From Fimbriimonadales bacterium (lineage in GTDB: Bacteria > Armatimonadota > Fimbriimonadia > Fimbriimonadales > ATM1): 64,000 bases of DNA. The notes under the pieces were generated by a model that saw only the letters and a program-made list of their open reading frames with translations, was not told where the DNA came from and searched no databases. Shown here one piece after another: positions 57,230 through 64,000 of this stretch; positions within the stretch are counted from its first letter, which is position 1; every line of letters begins with the position of its first letter. The stretch lies in contig JBGTLG010000005.1 of the NCBI GenBank assembly GCA_041744215.1, positions 1 through 64,000 on the forward strand, read 5' to 3'. The translations under genes and the position numbers were made by a program.

Positions 57230-58572
57230 GCGAGTTCTCAGGAAAACGAGCTCTCGTGATAGGATTGGCGCGAGCGGGTTCGGGAATGGCCAAAGCGCTG
57301 CGGAACGCTGGCACAAAGGTGACCATCGTCGACCAAAAGAGTCCGGATTCACGCTCGCTCTTCAATTCTCTTGACGAACTGAGCGGCGGCGACATAGAAG
57401 TCATCACGAGTTGGACAGGAACGTTGGATGGGTTGGAGATCGACTTTGTCGCGGCTTCGCCCGGGGTTCCGAAAAAGCATCCTGCGCTCCATCAAGCACA
57501 GACTCTAGGCATCCCGATCTTCAGTGAGGTCGAAGTTGCCTATCGCATTGCGAAAGCTCCGATCATCGCAATCACTGGAACGAATGGCAAGAGTACCGTC
57601 ACCGCACTAACTTATCATCTGTTGATCAACGCAGGACAGAAGGCAATACTATGCGGAAACATCGCGGGATCTGGTTTCAGCGAGGCAACGATTACGTCCG
57701 CTGCAGAAAGCGCTGATGACAATACAACTCTCGTGGCCGAGGTGTCCTCCTTCCAGCTGGAATGGGTGGATAGATTTCGTCCACGCGCAGCAACGATTAC
57801 GAACATCACGCAAGATCACCTCGATCGCTACGATTCATTTGAAGAGTATGGGAACACCAAGCATCGAATCTACGACAACTCTGGCGTGGGCGACCTCATC
57901 GTAGCCAATCAGGAATTCCCGGAGACGATGCCGAGGGTTTCAACGGGTGCAAAACTCGCGGTTATCGGTCAGGATGCGGTGATCCAAGGGCGAACAGTGA
58001 GATTCGCGGACGTTTCCGTCGACCAAGAGAGTCTTTGGGTGCCCGCTAGGCATAGTTTGACAAACCTTGCTCATGCGGTTTTGCTTTGTGGGCAGTTCGG
58101 ATTGACTCCTTCAGACGTCCTTCCTCATGTGCACACGTTTCCAGGACTTGAAAATCGGCTTGAGCTGGTCGGTGAGCGTGACGGCGTGCGAGTTGTGAAC
58201 AACAGCATGTGCACCAACCCGGCGGCAGTTCTGTACTCGCTCGACGGAGTGAGCGGCAGGCCCTTGCTCCTTATGGGCGGCGTTTCAAAAGTCGAGGACC
58301 TCAGCGCATTTGCGGAGGTCGGGCGCAGGGTGGCGCGTGCGTTCTTGTTTGGGCGTGACGCAGAGATGATCCGATCCAAGGTGGCCGAGGGTGGCGCATC
58401 CACGACGGTGCATAACTCTGTTGATGACGCATTCAATGAGGCTATGAGTTTTGCGAGAAGTGGCGATACCGTTGTGCTCTCTCCGGGATGCGCAAGCTTC
58501 GACCAGTTTGAAGACTTTATCGACCGCGGCAATCACTTTAGGAGGTTAGCAAAGCAATGGATAGAGGGGTAA
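57226..58572 (+). CDS. murD: UDP-MurNAc-Ala--D-Glu ligase
   Basis: SPGVP, AITGTNGKST, EVSSFQLE, DHLDRY, LSPGCASFDQF. Confidence 0.96.
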   Translation: MSEFSGKRALVIGLARAGSGMAKALRNAGTKVTIVDQKSPDSRSLFNSLDELSGGDIEVITSWTGTLDGLEIDFVAASPGVPKKHPALHQAQTLGIPIFSEVEVAYRIAKAPIIAITGTNGKSTVTALTYHLLINAGQKAILCGNIAGSGFSEATITSAAESADDNTTLVAEVSSFQLEWVDRFRPRAATITNITQDHLDRYDSFEEYGNTKHRIYDNSGVGDLIVANQEFPETMPRVSTGAKLAVIGQDAVIQGRTVRFADVSVDQESLWVPARHSLTNLAHAVLLCGQFGLTPSDVLPHVHTFPGLENRLELVGERDGVRVVNNSMCTNPAAVLYSLDGVSGRPLLLMGGVSKVEDLSAFAEVGRRVARAFLFGRDAEMIRSKVAEGGASTTVHNSVDDAFNEAMSFARSGDTVVLSPGCASFDQFEDFIDRGNHFRRLAKQWIEG

Positions 58573-59789
58573 ACAAGGACGTTCGCCCGATGGATAGGAC
58601 CTTGACGATTCTGATTGGCGTGGCTACGCTGCTCGGGTGCATTTTCATTCTCGACGCGGGCTATCCTCAGGCCATCGTGTAGGGCGAGAGTGTAGTGTTC
58701 AAAGATTGGATCAAGCACCTCGGCTTTGTGGTGGGCGCGGTAGTGGTTTACTTCTTGGTTGCGAGATTGCCAGTGGAGACGTTACAAAAACTGGCTAAAC
58801 CCGCGTTCTATCTCTGTTTGCTTGGGCTCATTCTCGTTTTTGTGCCGCCGTTCGGGGTTAAGATAAATGACGCGAACCGATGGATTGGATTCTATGGGCA
58901 GACGATTCAGCCAGCAGAGTTCATGAAGGCCGCGATCATCCTCTTCCTTGCCGTTGTACTCAGTCGAACCCCAATGAAGTATGGGGCCAAGTCGAAAGAT
59001 TTGATTTCAAACTTAGACAATCGCGTCGTGCCCCTCCTTGTTCGCGCGTGGCCGTACTTCATCGTATGTATCGTACTGGTGCTAATCGAGCGAGAACCGG
59101 ATCTCGGGACAGCACTCATGGTAGGCGCTGCTGGGTTTGGTGTGTTGTTATTCAGCCATGTGCCGCTGAAAAAGCTGATTCTGTGGAGCGGGGTTGCGGT
59201 TCTGATTGTCGGTGTAGTGATAGTGTCTGGTTTTGAAAGGTACAGGTTTGAGCGGCTGATAAACCACGGCGCGCGTTGGGATCCCGTCATCGCTAAAGAC
59301 ATCGGATTTCAGCCAACTCACTCCGAGTTGGCGATGGCAACCGGGGGCACCACGGGCGTAGGCGTCGGGCAAGGTCGGTCCAAGCACATCATGCCTGCGG
59401 CAACCACGGATTTCATCTACACAACCGCGGTAGAAGAGTTGGGCTATTTGGGTTCAGTCACGATCATCTTGCTGTTGGCTGCGATTTCGTTGCGGTTGAT
59501 TCTGCAGGCAGGCACGATCGATGATCCGTTTAGAAGAATGATCGTCGGCGCCGTCGGTTGGTGGCTTGGCGTTCAAAGCGTGTTAAACATGTTGATGGCC
59601 GGTGCAGCGCTGCCTACTGTTGGCATCCCGTTGCCTTTCTTTAGCTATGGAGGGAGTAGCCTTCTGGCTTTGGCGGCAACGTTGGGTATCGCTCAGGCGG
59701 CGATTCGAGGCCGATTTGCCCAGGAGGAAAGGCGTGCAGTTACTCGTCACAGGCGGGGGAACCGGCGGACACGTTTATCCCGCGCTTGA
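58557..59789 (+). CDS. ftsW: SEDS protein FtsW, interrupted by in-frame TAG at 58680-58682
   Basis: GGAGG SD, ATG 58557, TM1-like segment, TAG at codon 42, same frame continues into ANRWI, QPAEFMK, EPDLGT, TDFIY, PFFSYGGSSL. Confidence 0.9.
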
Positions 59790-60807
59790 GGTGGCCGAGC
59801 ATGCGCGATCTTGTGGCGCAACGGTTAGCTACTTAGGAAGTCTTCGCGGCATTGAGGGTGACGAGTGTCGCAAGCGCGATATGCCGTTCGTCGGGTTGAA
59901 CACAGGGCCACTCTGGCACCTCCTTACACCGCGGGGTTGGGTCGCACTTGCAGGAACCCTCCGCGCAGTGACCGTCGCGAGAAAACACCTGTTAGCCAAC
60001 AGACCCGATGTCGTCCTTTCAACTGGTGGCTACGCGGCAGGTCCAGTACTTTCCGCAGCAAGAACGATCGGCATCCCGTTCGTTATCCATGAGCAAAACA
60101 CGATCCCAGGGCGAACGCATCGACTCGCCGCGAGATTCGCGCGGACAGCTTGTGTCGTTTTTGATGAGGCGGCAGGAATGTTCAGCTGCAAAACAGTGCG
60201 CACAGGAATGCCAATACGAAAGGATCTCATTGAAGCGGCCGCCCGTTCGTCGAAGGATTCGCGTATCTCAACTCTCATCTTTGGCGGCTCTCAAGGCGCG
60301 GCGGCCATCAACGAAGCGGTTCTGACTCTCGTGATGCAACACGGCTCAGAAGGCAGCTGGCTCCACCTCACCGGGCCCAAGCTCTACGAGGAGGTAGCGA
60401 AAACTGCGGAGCGACTTGTGTCCGCCCCGAACTATCGGATCAAGGGATACCTGGACGGCGTAGAGATGGCTGATGCCCTGTCTGAAGCCTCGATTGCTAT
60501 CTGCAGATCTGGAGCCGGCACCGTATCCGAACTTGCGCTTTTTGGTGTGCCAGCCGTGTTCATTCCGTTTCCCTATGCTCAGGCTGACCACCAGTTCCAT
60601 AATGCGAAAGCAATCGAGAAGATCGACGGCTCAATCGTAATGCGACAAACCGAAATGACTCCTCAAAATCTTGCTGACGCATGGGCCAGGTGGGCTCACG
60701 ACCCGGGCAAGAGGGCCCAGGCTGGCCGACGTCTTCGCGAATGGGCATATCCGGACGCAACGGAACGAGTATGGAAGGTGATTCAGGAGGTTGCGGTTGC
60801 GCCTTAA
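59734..60807 (+). CDS. murG: Lipid I GlcNAc transferase MurG
   Basis: GGGTGGHVYP, HEQN, GGSQGA, RSGAGTVSE, HQFHNA; AGGAGG SD before GTG 59734. Confidence 0.97.
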   Translation: MQLLVTGGGTGGHVYPALEVAEHARSCGATVSYLGSLRGIEGDECRKRDMPFVGLNTGPLWHLLTPRGWVALAGTLRAVTVARKHLLANRPDVVLSTGGYAAGPVLSAARTIGIPFVIHEQNTIPGRTHRLAARFARTACVVFDEAAGMFSCKTVRTGMPIRKDLIEAAARSSKDSRISTLIFGGSQGAAAINEAVLTLVMQHGSEGSWLHLTGPKLYEEVAKTAERLVSAPNYRIKGYLDGVEMADALSEASIAICRSGAGTVSELALFGVPAVFIPFPYAQADHQFHNAKAIEKIDGSIVMRQTEMTPQNLADAWARWAHDPGKRAQAGRRLREWAYPDATERVWKVIQEVAVAP

Positions 60808-63115
60808 GTCGGAGATCGAAAGTTGGTTCGGAGCAAACCAACGTCTGCCTGAATCCGGGCGCATCCACTTTATCGGAATCGGCGGCAGCGGCATGAGCGC
60901 GATTGTTCGCATCCTCCTGCATCAAGGCCGAGAAGTGAGCGGCTCGGATCGAGAGCTTTCCCCTACCCTCGCAGATCTCCGAGAACGCGGAGCAGTCGTT
61001 TACGTAGGTCATCGGGCTGAGAACATCGACGGTGCCAGCGCAGTCATTGTTAGCGATGCAGTAGACCTTGACCTCAACCCAGAAACACGCGAAGCCCGCG
61101 CTCGAGGCATTACGTTGCTTCGTCGCTCGCAGGCGCTTGGAGAAATCGTAAACAAACGCAAGCCGATTGCGATCACCGGAACACACGGAAAGAGCACGAC
61201 GACCGCGTTGCTAACGGCAATTCTAGTTTCAGAGGGGATGGATCCGTTCGCGGTCGCTGGCCCTGCGGTAGCTACTTGGGACGGGAATGTGAGATTGGGT
61301 CAAGGAGACTTTGCGGTTGTTGAGGCATGCGAGGCGTTTGACGGATTTCACGACATTGATCCGCAGTTGGTGATCCTCACCAACGTCGAGGCGGATCATC
61401 TCGAGTTTCATGGCTCAATCGAGGATCTGCTCGACAGCATCACTCGGTTTTGCCAAAGGGCCCAGATGAATCCCGGATTGATATACTGTGCCGAAGATCG
61501 CGGGGCTCTCGAGGTGGCACGCAGGATTGGCAGCGGTGTCCCGTATGGATTTGGTTTACCTCCTTTCAACGCAGCTTACGCCGAGGGTGAGTTGCATACG
61601 GAGTTCGGCAGTGTTCGGCTAAAGGTGCCGGGGCGGCACATGGCTTTGAATGCAATTGGGGCCGCCACTGCAGCGATTCAGTTGGGGATCACTCCCGAGG
61701 CAGCGATTCACTCCCTCGGGAGTGCTGCAGGATGCCAGCAGCGCCTGGAGGTACTTGGTGAAGAGCGCGGAGTCTTAGTAATCAACGACTACGCGCACCA
61801 TCCGACCGCGATCAAAGCTTCCTTTCAAGCTCTCCGCGAGACATACCCGGGACGTCGGCTCGTAGCTGTGCACCAGCCGCACACCTACACACGCACACGA
61901 GATATGCGCGCCGAGTTCGTTGATGTGTTGGCGACTGCAGATGTGGTAGTGCTTACAGACATCTGCCCAGCGCGCGAGCGGCCGATTCCGGGTATCTCGA
62001 CTGCGCTCTACGTCGAAGATCTGGAAGCTCTTGGGAAGGAAGTTCACTATGTTCCTTCGCGGCATCTCGCGCCGCGCGAAGTCCCAAAGATTGTTCGGTC
62101 GGGAGACGTCGTTACCGCATTTGGAGCGGGAAACATTTCATCGTTTGCACCGGACTTCTTAAAGGAATTGCGACGTGAACGCGAGCCGTTGCGAGTCGCA
62201 GTTCTTTTTGGAGGAGAATCGACCGAGCGAGAAATCTCGCTCCTTAGCGGACTGATGGTCTCTGAAGCGCTCGAGAGGCGGGGATACCAAGTGACCGTTC
62301 ACGATCCCAACGAGGTGTTGTTGTACTGGTCCGATTTGCACCCGCTCGTCGGTTATTCTCGGCCAGACATCGTGTTCCCGGTCCTCCACGGTCCGCGTGA
62401 CGAGGACGGTTCTGTACAGGCTCTCCTGGATCTCTTACACCTTCCGTACGTTGGTTCCGGAGTCGTGGCCAGCGCGCTTTGCATGGATAAAGAGCGTACG
62501 AAGCAGTTTTTGTCAGCTCGAGGCATTCGGGTGCCCCAAGGGATCTTGCTCCGACGCGGAGACCCCCTCGGCTCGCCGCAGGTGCCGGCTGTCGTAAAGC
62601 CAAATGCGCAGGGATCTACGATTGGGTTGAGCTTTGTCGAGAATCCTGCCGACCTCGCAAACGCGATTGAAAAAGCGCTCAGATACGACGACGCGGTTCT
62701 TGTCGAGGAGTGGCTGCAGGGTGTCGAGATTAGCGTCCCTATCGTAGGTGATCAAGCACTCCCGGCCGTTGAAATTGTGCCAATGGACGGTGCTTACGAT
62801 TTCGCCGCCAAGTACACCCCAGGGGCAACCCAAGAATTGGTGCCCGCTCGAATCACTTCTGCATTGGAAGAATCGGCAAGAGCAACCGCGTTGGCGGTAC
62901 ATGAGATGCTTGAACTGGAGGATTACAGCCGATCAGACATGATCGTGCGAGGTGATGAAATCATCGTCCTCGAAGTTAACACTATTCCGGGGCTCACGCC
63001 GACTTCACTCTTGCCACGCAGCGCGGAAAGTGTTGGCATGTCCTTCGACTCGTTATGCGAGCAGATTCTGCAGATTGCGTTGGATCGCCATGGCATCAAC
63101 AAAGCGAAGTCGTAA
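60791..63115 (+). CDS. murC-ddl: MurC-Ddl fusion (UDP-MurNAc--L-Ala ligase + D-Ala--D-Ala ligase)
   Basis: HFIGIGGSGMS, GTHGKSTTT, DYAHHPT, QPH, then GGESTEREISL, LHG..EDG, MDK, YDFAAKY, EVNTIPG in one 774-aa ORF. Confidence 0.94.
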   Translation: MRLRLKSEIESWFGANQRLPESGRIHFIGIGGSGMSAIVRILLHQGREVSGSDRELSPTLADLRERGAVVYVGHRAENIDGASAVIVSDAVDLDLNPETREARARGITLLRRSQALGEIVNKRKPIAITGTHGKSTTTALLTAILVSEGMDPFAVAGPAVATWDGNVRLGQGDFAVVEACEAFDGFHDIDPQLVILTNVEADHLEFHGSIEDLLDSITRFCQRAQMNPGLIYCAEDRGALEVARRIGSGVPYGFGLPPFNAAYAEGELHTEFGSVRLKVPGRHMALNAIGAATAAIQLGITPEAAIHSLGSAAGCQQRLEVLGEERGVLVINDYAHHPTAIKASFQALRETYPGRRLVAVHQPHTYTRTRDMRAEFVDVLATADVVVLTDICPARERPIPGISTALYVEDLEALGKEVHYVPSRHLAPREVPKIVRSGDVVTAFGAGNISSFAPDFLKELRREREPLRVAVLFGGESTEREISLLSGLMVSEALERRGYQVTVHDPNEVLLYWSDLHPLVGYSRPDIVFPVLHGPRDEDGSVQALLDLLHLPYVGSGVVASALCMDKERTKQFLSARGIRVPQGILLRRGDPLGSPQVPAVVKPNAQGSTIGLSFVENPADLANAIEKALRYDDAVLVEEWLQGVEISVPIVGDQALPAVEIVPMDGAYDFAAKYTPGATQELVPARITSALEESARATALAVHEMLELEDYSRSDMIVRGDEIIVLEVNTIPGLTPTSLLPRSAESVGMSFDSLCEQILQIALDRHGINKAKS

Positions 63116-63836
63116 AAGGCAGCGCAAGCCATTAGGGAGAAGATTCTGGTTGGTGTTTTGGTTGCTCGCACTAACTTCTGTCGTCGTGATCGGACTTACT
63201 CAAAGTTCTTTGACGCAAATCGCTTATGTACGCGTGACTGCGCCAGAATCAGACGACTGGGATAGGTTGCGCGGAATACTGTCGTCTTTAAACGAGAAGC
63301 CGGTGCTGACGATCTCTTCCTACAACGTCGAACGCCTCGTGGAATCAAACCCCCGGGTAGCCCACTCAACGTTCTCCGCGAATCTCTTCGGACGGGCCCG
63401 CCTCGCCGTTGCGTACAGAACGCCGCTCGCCCTGGTCGACTCGGATCCCGGTTGGGGCGTCGACGAAACCGGATTCATCTTTCCGGTTGCGGGGCGCCAG
63501 GCTGCCGTGGTCCGGCTTCGCATAAATGTGCATGATTTGACTCCAAACCTCACCCTAGCCGACTCAAGCGGGCTCCACGAACTTCTTCAGGTCGTCAAGA
63601 AACTCCAAGTTGAACTGAAAAAACTTGGAGGTATTGTTGCCTTCGATTCGAATGGTCGGCTATGCTTTAACGTTGTGGATGGATTCGAAGTTGTGTTTGG
63701 TAGCCCGGATCGCCTCGAGGAAAAGATGGCCGTGCTCGGGACTGTCTTGGCTGCAGATCCCGAACTTGCAAAGAGTGATGCCATTGTGAACTTGGTGGAA
63801 CCGAGTGCCCCGATGATTAAAAGGTTAGGCGAATGA
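63090..63836 (+). CDS. ftsQ: FtsQ/DivIB-like protein
   Basis: Basic N-tail, single TM, POTRA-like segment (NPRV), VDETG, VVFG; follows ddl. Confidence 0.75.
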   Translation: MASTKRSRKRQRKPLGRRFWLVFWLLALTSVVVIGLTQSSLTQIAYVRVTAPESDDWDRLRGILSSLNEKPVLTISSYNVERLVESNPRVAHSTFSANLFGRARLAVAYRTPLALVDSDPGWGVDETGFIFPVAGRQAAVVRLRINVHDLTPNLTLADSSGLHELLQVVKKLQVELKKLGGIVAFDSNGRLCFNVVDGFEVVFGSPDRLEEKMAVLGTVLAADPELAKSDAIVNLVEPSAPMIKRLGE

Positions 63837-64000
63837 TCGATCGATCTCCTGTTAAAACGCCCGCATGGATTGTGCCGGTGACGATGGTTGCCCTTCTTTG
63901 TGGATTCCTTATTGTCTTTGCAGCGCAATCAAAAGGTCAAAGTATGGGTGCGCGCACCTCGGACGGCTTCTATGGATCGAGAGAAGCATCACCAAGCATC
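63833..64000 (+). CDS. Membrane-anchored protein, partial (possibly DUF881 by position)
   Basis: ATGA overlap with ftsQ stop; MIDRSPVKTPAWIVPVTMVALLCGFLIVFAAQ open to window end. Confidence 0.5.
   Translation, partial: MIDRSPVKTPAWIVPVTMVALLCGFLIVFAAQSKGQSMGARTSDGFYGSREASPSI

Noticed and set aside
62790-62820. D-Ala-D-Lac (vancomycin-resistance type) ligase
   Set aside because: Omega-loop reads YDFAAKY, keeping the Tyr after Lys typical of D-Ala-D-Ala ligases
1-64000. Genome-wide TAG reassignment
   Set aside because: lon, typA and the oligopeptidase end at TAG at expected C-termini; only ftsW shows an internal TAG

Overview
Bacterial chromosomal window, mostly housekeeping genes. The lineage is probably Armatimonadota (inference from UBact plus Dop/PafA and the dcw layout). 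Order: trxA, murJ, PilZ protein, miaA-hfq-dapF, murQ-like, CYTH-CHAD, uvrC; a ~6.5 kb accessory region (9.5-16.1 kb) with a hairpin-flanked lipoprotein gene and a tightly coupled array of short orphan ORFs; lon, metH, ferritin, several hydrolases/oxidoreductases, typA, dnaE, sua5; a dispersed UBact/Dop/PafA ubiquitin-like conjugation gene set interleaved with a flavin-dependent halogenase; arnT-like; and the dcw cluster (mraZ to ftsQ). Main oddities: an in-frame TAG in the essential gene ftsW, a MurC-Ddl fusion, a terminator-containing leader before mraZ, TANNNT boxes 5-7 nt before many start codons (leaderless-mRNA signature), and an orphan-ORF array with repeated micro-ORF remnants. No tRNA, rRNA, CRISPR, integrase or transposase was recognised. 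All product calls come from motif recognition by eye; no searches were run.
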